Below are positions 29,401 to 41,200 of a stretch of 64,000 nt of DNA, one piece after another. Position 1 is the first letter of the stretch. Each line of letters starts with the position of its first letter. The position numbers were made by a program, and so were the translations under genes. This stretch comes from Macrostomum lignano (Eukaryota): positions 62,001-126,000 of the forward strand of contig NIVC01001945.1 of assembly GCA_002269645.1 (NCBI GenBank), in the 5' to 3' direction. The notes below the pieces were generated by a model that made no database searches, was not told where the DNA came from, and saw only the letters and a list, made by a program, of their open reading frames with translations.

Positions 29401-32400
29401 TCGACATGGTGGTTCTTTTACGTTTGACATGGTGGCTCTTAAATGTTTGACATTGTAGCTCTTAAATGTTCGACATGGTGGTTCTTTTACGTTGACATGG
29501 TGGCTCTTTAATTTTCGACATGTTGGCTCTTTTATGTTTGACATGGTAGCTCTTTAATTTTCGACAAAGTGGCTCTTTAATGTTTGACATGGTGGCTCGT
29601 TAATGTTTGACATGGTAGCTCTTTAATTTTCGACATGTCGGCTCTTTTATGCTTGACATGGTAGCTCTTTAATGTTCGACATGGTGGTTCTTTATTGTTA
29701 GACATGGTGGCTCTTTTATGTTTGACATGGTGGCTTTTTCACGTTCGACGTGGTGGCTCTTTAAAGTTTGACATGGTGGCTTTTTTATGTTTGACATGGT
29801 AGCTCTTTAATGTTCGACATGGTGGCTCTTTTAAGTATGACAAAGTGGCTCTTTAATTTTTGACATGGTGGCTCTTTAATGTTTGACATGGTGGCTCTTT
29901 AATGTTCGACATGTCGGTTCTTTTACATTTGACATGGTGGCTGTTTAATGTTCGAAAAAGTGGTTCTTTATTGTTAGACATGGTGGCTCTTTTATGCTTG
30001 ACATGGTGGCTTTTTCACGTTCGACGTGGTGGCTCTTTAAAGTTTGACATGGTGGCTTTTTTATGTTTGACATGGTAGCTCTTTAATGTTTGACATGGTG
30101 GCTCTTTTAAGTATGACAAAGTGGCTCTTTAATTTTTGACATGGTGGCTCTTTAATGTTTGACATGGTGGCTCTTTAATGTTCGACATGTCGGTTCTTTT
30201 ACGTTTGACATGGTGGCTCTTTAATGTTCGACATGGTGGTTCTTTTACGTTTGACATGGTGGCTCTTTAATGTTCAACATGTCGGTTCTTTTACGTTTGA
30301 CATGGTGGCTCTTTTATGTTTGACATGGAGTCACGTATATATGTTTTACATGGAGTCACAAATATGTTTGACATGGTGGCTTTTTAATGCTTGACATGGT
30401 GGCTCGTTTATGTTTGGCATGGTGGCTCTTTAATGTTCGACATGGTGCCACTGATATTTTTGACATTGTGCTTCTTTATGTTTAGCAGTTTCATGTTTTC
30501 AAGGTGTTTTAATAAAAAAATTATTTTGCACTACTAAGATTCGAACCCAGGTCGCTACATTAGCATTCCAGTCTGTTCGCATCTGGGCTATCTCTTTTCA
30601 ATTGGAGTACATCAATTGTGGCCCTTATAATTCAATTCTTACAGCAAGTCAATTAGAGTAAAAAGTTATGACATAATCAATTTCTCAGTCAGCCAGTATC
30701 AGTTTCAATTCAAGTTAGCAATATTGGTTACGCAATTTAAATCAAGTCGTGTGTGCATTTCTTCGGCACTGTTTTCTACTTGTTGTGATGCAATCTTTAT
30801 CAGAATTGAAATTCAGCCAGTCAGTTTTTTCTCTAGCATTCTTACAATGCATTTCAAGTCGAAAATTTTGCTTGACCTTTGCAAAAAAGCATGTTTTTCG
30901 AATATTTAATCCCTTTAATATATAGCAATTTCTTAGCCAAGATGCATGTACCGTCCCAGGAGAATTTCTGATCGAATGGTGCAAGTTTGAAGAAAATCGG
31001 TTGAGCCATTTTTTCTGAAATCTATCGCATACCCACAGACAACTCATTTTTAGTATATAGGACTAGCAATCTTCGCCCCCCGTTGGGGGGACATCTGTAT
31101 AGAACCTCTGTTCTCTACAAGTAACAAAAAGATAGCCAAAAAAGGCCTTCACAAAAAAAACAGACAAAATACTCAAAGGAAGCTAAAAGAAATCATCCCA
31201 AGACAGCAAGCATCCCCCAGATAGCAAGCATCTTCCAGATTACAAGCAACCCCCAGATAGCAAGCATCCCCCAGATAGCAAGCATCCCCCAGATAGCAAG
31301 CATCCGCCAGATAGCAAGCATCCCCTACATAGATAGCATCCCCAAATAGCAAGCATCCACCAGACAATAAGTAGCTAGTGCGATAATTTCCTTAGCATTA
31401 TAGTGGCTCCTTTAAAATTCGCTTACTTTTATGTTTGAAATTGTGTAAATTTTATGTTTGACATGGTGGCTGTTTTAAGTTCTACATGGCAACTGTTTTA
31501 TGTTTGAAACGATGGCTTTTTAATGTCAGACATGGTGGCTCTTTTATGTTTGACATGGTGCCTCTTTATTGTTTGACATGGTGGCTCTTTAATGTTTAAC
31601 CTGGTGGCTTTTTTATGTTTGAAACAGTGGCTCTTTTATGTTTGACACAGTGACTCTTTAATGTTCGACAAAGTGGCTATTTAATGTTTGACAAGGTGGC
31701 TTTTAAATGTTTGACATGGTGGCTCCTTAATGTTCGAGAAAGTGGCTCTTTAATGTTTTTCATGGTATAGCTCTTTTATGTTCGACATGGTGGCTCTTTT
31801 AGGTTTGACATGGTGGCTCTTTTAGGTTTGACATGGTGGCTCTTTTAGGTTTGACATGGTGGCTCTTAAATGTTTGACATGGTGGCTCTTAAATGTTTGA
31901 CATGGTGGCTCTTTAATGTTCGAGATAGTGGCTCTTTAATTTTTTTCATGGTATAGCTCTTTTATGTTCGACATGGTGGCTCTTTTAGGTTTGACATGGT
32001 GGCTCTTTTATGTTCGACATGGTGGCTCTTTTAGGTTTGACATGGTGGCTCTTTTAGGTTTGACATGGTGGCTCTTAAATGTTTGACATGGTGGCTCTTA
32101 AATGTTTGACATGGTGACTCTTTAATGTTTCAAATGGTGGCTCTTTAATGTTTTACGTGGTGGCTCTTAAATGTTTGACATGGTGGCTCTTAAATGTTTG
32201 ACATGGTAGCTCTTTAATATTCTACATTGTGGCTCTTAAGTGTTCGAAATTGTGGATCTTTTAGGTTTGACATGATGGCTGTTTAATGTTCAACATAGTG
32301 GCTCTTTTATGTTTAACATGGTGGCTCTTAAATGTTTGACATGGTGGCTCTTTAATGTTCGAAATGGTGGCTCTTTTGTTTTACATGGTGGCTCTTTAAT

Positions 32401-34734
32401 GTTTGACATGGTGGCTCTTTAATGTTTGACATAAAGTCACTTATATGTTCGAAATGGTGGCTCTTTTAGGTTTGACATGGTGGCTCTTTTAGGTTTAACA
32501 TGGTGGCTCTTTTAGGTTTAACATGGTGGCTCTTTTAGGTTTAACATGGTGGCTCTTTTAGGTTTAACATGGTGGCTCTTAAATGTTCGACATGGTGGCT
32601 CTTTAATGTTCGACATGGTGGCTCTTTAATATTCTTCATGTTATAGCTCTTTCATGTTTGACATGGTGGCTCTTTTATGGTCGACATGGTGGCTCTTTAA
32701 TGTTCGAAATGGTGGCTCTTTAATGTTCGAAATAGTGGCTCTTTCATTTTCGACATGGTGGCTCTTTATGTTTGACATGTTGGCTCTTTTATGTTTGACA
32801 TGTTGGCTCTTTTATGTTTGACATGGTGGATATTTAATGTTCAAAATAGTGGCTCTTTTATGGTCGACATGGTGGCTCTTTAATGTTCGAAATAGTGGCT
32901 CTTTTATTTTCGACATGGTGGCTCTTTTAGGTTTGACATGGTGGCTCTTTAATGTTCGACATGGTGGCTCTTTAATGTTTGACATGGTGGCTCTTTAATG
33001 TTTTACATGGTAGCTCTGTTATGTCCGAAATGGTGGCTCTTTAATGTTTGACATAAAGTCACATATATGTTTGACATGGTGGCTCTTAAATGTTTGACAT
33101 GGTGGCTCTTTATGTTTGACATGTTGGCTCTTTTATGTTCGAAATGGTGGCTCTTTTTTGTTCTACATGTTAACTCTTTTTATTTGATACGGTGGCTTTT
33201 TTAATGTCTGACATGTTGGCTCTTTAATGTTCGACAAAGTGGCTCCTAAATGTTTGACATAGTGGCTCTTCAATGTTTGACAATGTAACTTTTGAATGTT
33301 TGACATGGTGGCTCTTTAATGTTTGACATGGTAGCTCTGTTATGTTCGACATGGTGGCTCTTCTAGGTTTGACAATGTGGCTCTTTAATGTTTCACATGG
33401 TGGCTCTTTAATGTTTTACATGGTGGCTCTTTTATGTTTAACTTGGTAGCTCTTTGTTATTTTACATGGCAGCTCTTTTATGTTCGACATGGTGGCTCTT
33501 TAATATTCTTCATGTTATAGCTCTTTCATGTTTGACATGGTGGCTCTTTAATGTTCGAAATGGTGGCTCTTTAATGTTTAACACAAAGTCACATATATGT
33601 TTGACATGGTGGCTCTTAAATGTTTGACATGGTGGCTCTTTATGTTTGACATGTTGGCTCTTTTATGTTTGACATGTTGGCTCTTTTATGTTTGACATGG
33701 TGGCTCTTTAATGTTCGAAAAAGTGGCTCCTAAATGTTTGACATAGTGGCTCTTTGATGTTCGAAATAGTGACTCTTTTATTTTCGACATGGTGGCTCTT
33801 TAATGTTCGAAATGGTGGCTGTTTAATGTTAGAAATGGTGGCTCTTTTATGTTTGACATAAAGTCACTTATATGTTTTATATGGTGCCTCTTAAATATTA
33901 GACATGGTGGCTCGTTTAGGTTTGACATGGTGGCTCTTTAATATTCGATATGTTAGCTCTTTTATGTTCGACATGGTGGCTCTTCTATGTTTGACATTGC
34001 GCTTCTTTTATGTTTAGAAGTTTTGTGTTTTTAAGGTGTTTTAATAAAAAAAAATCTTTTTTGCCCTACTAAGATTCGAACCCAAGTCGCTACATTAGCA
34101 TTCCAGTCTGTTCGCATCTGGGCTATCTTTTTCAATTGGAGAACATAAATTGTGGCCCTTATAATTCAATTCTTACAGCAAGTCAATTGGAGTAAAAAGT
34201 TATGACATAATCAATTTCTCAGTCAGCCAGAATCAGTCTCAATTTAAGTTGCCAATATGGTTACGCAATTTCATTCAAGTCGTGTGTGCATTTCTTCGGC
34301 ACTGTTTTCAACTTGTTGTGATGCAATCTTTGTCAGAATCAGAATTCAGTCAGTCAGTTTTTTCTCTAGCATTCTTACAATGCATTTCAGGTCGAAAGAG
34401 CTGCTTGACCTTTGCAAAAAAGCATGTTTTTCGAATATTTAATCCCTTTAAAATTGAGCAATTTCTTAGCCAAGATGCATGTACCGTCCCAGGAAAATTT
34501 CTGATCGAATGGTGCAAGTTTGAAGAAAATCGGTTAAGCCGTTTTTTCTGAAATCTATCTCACAGAGACACACATTTCATTTTTAGTATATAGGATTTAA
34601 CCATACAATCCCAGGCTGATTACAAATCTTTTGGCGAAAACGCGATCAAAATCGGTGAAGAATTGCAATCTCTAGAGCGTTATGGACAAACATACAAACA
34701 AACAAATATTAGAGATTTAGTATATTTAGATTAA

Positions 34735-34771
<37 letters not shown>

Positions 34772-34772
34772 C

Positions 34773-34819
<47 letters not shown>

Positions 34820-34820
34820 C

Positions 34821-34875
<55 letters not shown>

Positions 34876-35120
34876 CAGTCAGTCAGTTAGTTAGTTAGTC
34901 AGTTAGTTAGTTAGTTAGTTAGTCAGTCAGTCAGTTAGTTAGTGAGTTAGTTAGTTAGTCAGTTAGTTAGTCAGTTAGTCAGTTAGTGAGTTAGTCAGTC
35001 AGTCAGTCAGTCAGTTAGTTAGTGAGTTAGTTAGTTAGTCAGTCAGTTAGTTAGTCAGTCAGTCAGTTAGTTAGTGAGTTAGTTAGTCAGTCAGTTAGTT
35101 AGTGAGTTAGTTAGTTAGTG

Positions 35121-35163
<43 letters not shown>

Positions 35164-35192
35164 CAGTTAGTTAGTTAGTTAGTTAGTTAGTC

Positions 35193-35223
<31 letters not shown>

Positions 35224-38200
35224 CAGTCAGTCAGTTAGTTAGTGAGTTAGTTAGTTAGTCAGTTAGTTAGTTAGTCGGCTTAACCGCTTGCTTCACTTTT
35301 TGTAGTACAACGGAATGGGCAAGTCTGCAACAAAGACCTCTGACCGACTGTGGGAGATCGGTAACCTGGTTAATGGGGTGAGGCTCATGAACCCTGGCAT
35401 TAATCAGACCAATAAACAAGAATTTCTCCTGATAGGTTGTGTATTTAGGAATCAATCGATGTCTATAATCTGCAGCTCTACAAGCAACTTGGCGTGAATG
35501 TGATCATGGTGAAAACGCTGTTCTGGACAACCGATCCGTTCACCGTGAGCACAACTAACGGAAAAGTTAACGCTTCTCTACTGCTGGATCAATTCCTCGT
35601 ATACCGGATGAAGTCACTGAACGACACGCCGCATACTGTTGCTCATCTGGTGTCGTGAGTTAGTCGCATATAGCTAGCCACACACAGACTTTTTATTTGA
35701 AAACAAACTTAAATGAGATATAATGTACTTTTGAAACGTTTCTTCCAGCGGATATCCCATGGATGGTGGTCTCGTGGGACTCGCCAGTCTGGGAAAACTG
35801 TGCCACTTCTCTACAGGCGGAGGCGTGAACTGGGTGGGTACACATGTCACAAATATGGACCAGACAGTTCCAAAATTTTCTGTGCTTTCCAATTATGACT
35901 TCACAAACTCACTCCCCAAGCCCTCAATTCCCACCCACCTCACTCTCTACCCACCTCACTCCCTACCCACCTCACTCCCTACCCACCTAACTCCCTACCC
36001 ACCTCACCCCCTACGCACCTCACTCCCTACCTACCTCACTCCTTATCCACCTCACTCCCCAACCACCTCACTCCCCAACCACCTCACTCCCCAACCATCT
36101 CACTCCCCCACCACCTCACTCCCCAACCATCTCACTCCCCAACCACCTCACTCCCCAACCACCTCACTCCCAAACCACCTCACTCCCCAACCATCTCACT
36201 CTCCAACCACCCCACTCCTCACCCACCTCACTACTCACCCACCTCACTCCTCACCCACCTCACTCCCCGACTACCTCACTTCTCAACCAGGATACGCAGA
36301 TGAACGGCAGCGCCTACGGCGTGGCAACCACGGTGGCGCACGAGCTCGGGCACAACCTTGGAATGCAGCACGATGATGAAGGCAGTTGGACTTCGGCTGG
36401 CTGCGGCTGCCCGGACCCGCAGGGCTGCATGATGCAGTCGGCAGGCGGAGAGTGAGTGGCCGGGGTTGGTTGGGGCAGGGAGAAGCCGGCTGAGCAGTGT
36501 GAGGGAGTGAGCTGAGCAGTGTGCGGGAGTGAGCTGAGCAGTGTACGGGAGTGAGCTGAGCAGTGTGAGGGAGTGAGCTGAGCAGTGTACGGGAGTGAGC
36601 TGAGCAGTTTGAGGGAGTGAGCTGAGCAGTGTACGGGAGTGAGCTGAGCAGTGTGCGGGAGTGAGCTGAGCAGTGTACGGGAGTGAGCTGAGCAGTGTGC
36701 GGGAGTGAGCTGAGCAGTGTGCGGGAGTGAGCTGAGCAGTGTACGGGAGTGAGCTGAGCAGTGTGAGGGAGTGAGCTGAGCAGTGTACGGGAGTGAGCTG
36801 AGCAGTGTACGGGAGTGAGCTGAGCAGTGTGAGGGAGTGAGCTGAGCAGTGTGAGGGAGTGAGCTGAGCAGTGTGCGGGAGTGAGCTGAGCAGTGTGAGG
36901 GAGTGAGCTGAGCAGTGTGAGGGAGTGAGCTGAGCAGTGTGTGGGAGTGAGCTGAGCAGTGTGAGGGAGTGAGCTGAGCAGTGTGCGGGAGTGAGCTGAG
37001 CAGTGTGCGGGAGTGAGCTGAGCAGTGTGCGGGAGTGAGCTGAGCAGTGTGCGGGAGTGAGCTGAGCAGTGTGCGGGAGTGAGCTGAGCAGTGTGCAGGA
37101 GTGAGCTGAGCAGTGTGCGGGAGTGAGCTGAGCAGTGTGCGGGAGTGAGCTGAGCAGTGTGCGGGAGTGAGCTGAGCAGTGTGCAGGAGTGAGCTTATGT
37201 GAGTTGCATCCATTATGAATTTTACCTCACTCAGTAAAATATTCCGTATTCATCTGCTCGCCAACACGGAACCAGCTCAGACCCGGTGAGGTTCTCCAAT
37301 TGCTCAGTGAACTCCTACCTGGAGTACAGCGTGCCAAACGGTCTCGGCTATTGCATGACTAAACCGCCAGAGGCTTCCGTTACCGCGGCCGCTGTGCCCA
37401 CCTGTGGAAATCGAATTGTTGACCCTGGCGAAGACTGCGACTGCGGACTGGCTGCGGTGAGTCACCGGAATGCTCAGCTGTGTACTCAGTACCTGTGATT
37501 GCTCTGTGACTGTGATTACTCAGTACCTGTGATTGCTCTGTGACTGTGATTACTCAGTACCTGTGATTGCTCTGTGACTGTGATTACTCAGTACCTGTGA
37601 TTGCTCTGTGACTGTGATTACTCAGTACCTGTGATTGCTCTGTGACTGTGATTACTCAGTACCTGTGATTGCTCTGTGACTGTGATTACTCAGTACCTGT
37701 GATTGCTCTGTGACTGTGATTACTCAGTACCTGTGATTGCTCTGTGACTGTGATTACTCAGTACCTGTGATTGCTCTGTGACTGTGATTACTCAGTACCT
37801 GTGATTGCTCTGTGACTGTGATTACTCAGTACCTGTGATTGCTCTGTGACTGTGATTACTCAGTACCTGTGATTGCTCTGACTGTGATTACTCAATATCT
37901 GTGATTGCTCAATACCTGTGATTTCTCAGTGCCTGTGATTACTCAATACCTGTGATTGCTCAATACATGTGATTACTCAGTACCTGTGATTACTCAGTAC
38001 CTGTGATTACTCAGTGCCTGTGATTACTCGATATCAGTGATTACTCAATACCTGTGATTACTCAATATCATTGATTACTCAATACCTGTGATTACTCAAT
38101 ATCAGTGATTACTCAGTGCCTGTGATTACTCAATATCAGTGATTACTCAATACCTGTGATTACTCAATATCAGTGATTACTCAATACCTGTGATTGATCA

Positions 38201-41200
38201 ATACCTGTGATTACTCAGTAATGAATAGAAAGTTCGAATGGTGACCAATCAACTTTGCAGTACTGCAACAACACCTGCTGCAATCCGACCACTTGCAAAT
38301 TCAAACCGGGAGCCACCTGCGCCTCCGGCCAGTGCTGCAACATCAACACCTGCTCGGTGATGTCGAGAGGTTCAGTTTGCAGAGCATCCCGAGGTGTCTG
38401 CGACCTGCCTGAGTACTGCAACGGCACCAGCGAGTGGTGTCCCGAGACTGACGACTTCCTGCTTGATGGCACCGAGTGCGCCTTCAACCCGACCAATTCT
38501 TTGGTAACTGCGGAAGCTGGGCTGGATGGGTTGATGGGGAATACGGGACGCCGAGCAGGTTTATAAGGCAGGTGTTCTCTACAGATAGTGGATAGCAGGT
38601 AAATTTGCAGGCTGCATAGACACTGAGCAGGTAGATTTGCTGGTAAATTGGGTAAACACTGAGCAGGTAGGTTCGTAGGTAAATTGGGTAGACACTAGAC
38701 TGGTAGATTTTTTGGTAAATTGGGTAGACACTAGACTGGTAGATTTTTTGATAAATTGGATAGACACTAGCTGATAAATTGGGTAGACACTAGACTGGTA
38801 GATTTTTTGATAAATTGGGTAGACACTAGTTGATAAATTGGGTAGACACTAGACTGGTAGAAAGGATGGATACGAAGCAGATAGAATCTAATGCTCAGGT
38901 GCAGGTGAAGACCCTCCGTCCCTCTCCCTTGCCCGCCCTCGCCAGCAGGTGCAGGCCTACTGCTACAACGGCGAATGTGGCAGCCGGGATTCCAGATGCT
39001 CGCAGCTGTTCGTCAACGTCAACAGGAGCGCTACAACGGAAGCGGCGGAGGCTGCGTCGACCGCAGGCAACGAGACTGGCTATTGCGACTACCGCGCTGT
39101 GGATGCTTCTCCACTTATCTACCAGTACCTGGGCTGCGTTGGCGGGTGAGTTCCCGTGTGCGGAGTTCATCCCTGTGGCTACAGGTGCCTGGAGTAGACA
39201 GGTGTGCCTGGAGTAGACAGGTTTCTGGAGTAGACAGGTGTGCCTGGAGTAGACAGGTGTGCCTGGAGTAGACAGGTTGTGCCTGGAGTAGACAGGTTGT
39301 GCCTGGAGTAGACAGGTGTGCCTGGAGTAGACAGGTGTGCCTGGAGTAGACAGGTGTGCCTGGAGTAGACAGGTGTGCTTGGAGTAGACAGGTTTCTGAA
39401 GTAGACAGGTGTGCCTGGAGTAGACAGGTGTGCCTGGAGTAGACAGGTGTGCCTGGAGTAGACAGGTGTGCCTGGAGTAGACAGGTGTGCTTGGAGTCGA
39501 CAGGTTTCTGGAGTAGACAGGTGTGCCTGGAGTAGACAGGTGAGCCTGGAGTAGACAGGTTTCTGGAGTAGACAGGTGTGCCTGGAGTAGACTCGTGCCG
39601 GACGGGGCCGAGTGCGGAGCGAGCATGGTGAGGAGTTCGGTAGTTTCGGGAGTTGTGGGATATCTTCCCGACAAACTGACATGTGAGATAATGATTGTGG
39701 GAGATCTTCCCGACCAGCTGACAGGTGATATAATGATTGTGGGATATCTTCTCGATCAGCTGACAGGTGAGATAATGATTGTGGGAGATCTTCCCGGTCA
39801 GCTGACAGGTGAGATAATGATTGTGGGAGATCTTCCCGGTCAGCTGACAGGGGATAATGATTGTGGTAACCTTGTCAAGCAACAGTCAAAGGACACTAAT
39901 GGAAATTTCCATTCCAGATGTGCGTCAGCTAAGTCTGCCGTGCTGTGTCGAGCGTCGCAGCCGCCGCTAACCCGTCCGCCGGGTCGCTGCCGAAATGCAA
40001 CGGCCGCGGGCACTGGGCGCAGAGCCGGCAGTGCTTCTGCAACGCCGGCTTCGCTCCGCCAGACTGCCTGGCAGCTGGCAACGGCGGTTCGGCTTCCAAT
40101 CAGCCAGCCGCGTCTGCAGGTGAGTGGAGGCTACATGAGACATTTGCTGTGTTACTCGTAGATTGATCGAATACGGGGTCCTCAGCTTGTTTGTGCATCC
40201 GCCTGTCCACTCACTCAGTGCTTGAGAATCCGCCTGTCCACTCACTCAGTGCTTGAGAATCTGCCTGTCCACTCACTCAGTGCTTGAGAACCTGCCTCTC
40301 CACTCACTCAGTGCTTGAGAATCCGCCTCTCCACTCTCACAGTGCTTGAGAATCTGCCTCTCCGCTCACTCAGTGCTTGAGAATCTGCCTCTCCGCTCTC
40401 TCAGTTGCTTGAGAATCTGCCTCTCCGCTCACTCAGTGCTTGAGAATCTGCCTCTCCGCTCCCTCAGTGCTTGAGAATCTGCCTCTCCGCTCACTCAGTG
40501 CTTGAGAATCTGCCTCTCCGCTCACTCAGTGCTTGAGAATCTGCCTCTCCGCTCACTCAGTGCTCGAGAATCTGCCTCTCCGCTCTCACAGTCTTGAGAA
40601 TCTGCCTCTCCACTCTCACAGTGCTTGAGAATCTGCCTCTCCGCTCACTCAGTGCTTGAGAATCTGCCTCTCCGCTAACTCAGTGCTCGAGAATCTGCCT
40701 CTCCGCTCTCACAGTCTTGAGAATCTGCCTCTCCACTCACTCAGTGCTTGAGAATCTGCCTCTCCGCTCACTCAGTGCTTGAGAATCTGCCTCTCCGCTC
40801 ACTCAGTGCTTGAGAATCCGCCTCTCCACTCACTCAGTGCTTGAGAATCTGCCTCTCCGCTCACTCAGTGCTTGAGAATCTGCCTCTCCGCTCACTCAGT
40901 GCTTGAGAATCCGCCTCTCCACTCACTCAGTGCTTGAGAATCCACCTCTCCACTCATTCAGTGCTTGAGAATCTGCCTCTCCGCTCACTCAGTGCTTGAG
41001 AATCCGCCTCTCCGCTCACTCAGTGCTTGAGAATCTGCCTCTCCGCTCACTCAGTGCTCGAGAATCTGCCTCTCCGCTCTCACAGTCTTGAGAATCTGCC
41101 TCTCCACTCTCACAGTGCTTGAGAATCTGCCTCTCCGCTCACTCAGTGCTTGAGAATCTGCCTCTCCGCTAACTCAGTGCTCGAGAATCTGCCTCTCCGC

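Larger units (their letters stand above)
4340..34595 (-). mobile_element. Head-to-tail array of seven non-autonomous Helitrons
   Basis: On minus each unit starts 5'-TCCTATATACTAAAAATG and ends in a GC hairpin (cccccatcgggggg) about 10 nt before CTAG-3'. The array sits between host A and T with no TSD. Six direct CTAG|TC junctions (plus strand tatagga|ctagc) at 9912/3, 13670/1, 20273/4, 24023/4, 27450/1, 31062/3. No RepHel ORF. Confidence 0.85.

Noticed and set aside
4279-34551. Dozens of ORFs with GDACYL, MLAIWG, KEPPCQT or FAKKHVF repeats
   Set aside because: They are translations of the 18-bp and 23-bp satellites and the non-coding Helitron terminal block; frames break between copies
4340-34595. 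CRISPR-like or autonomous Helitron interpretation of the array
   Set aside because: Repeats are contiguous with no unique spacers, the context is eukaryotic, and no Rep/helicase motifs are present
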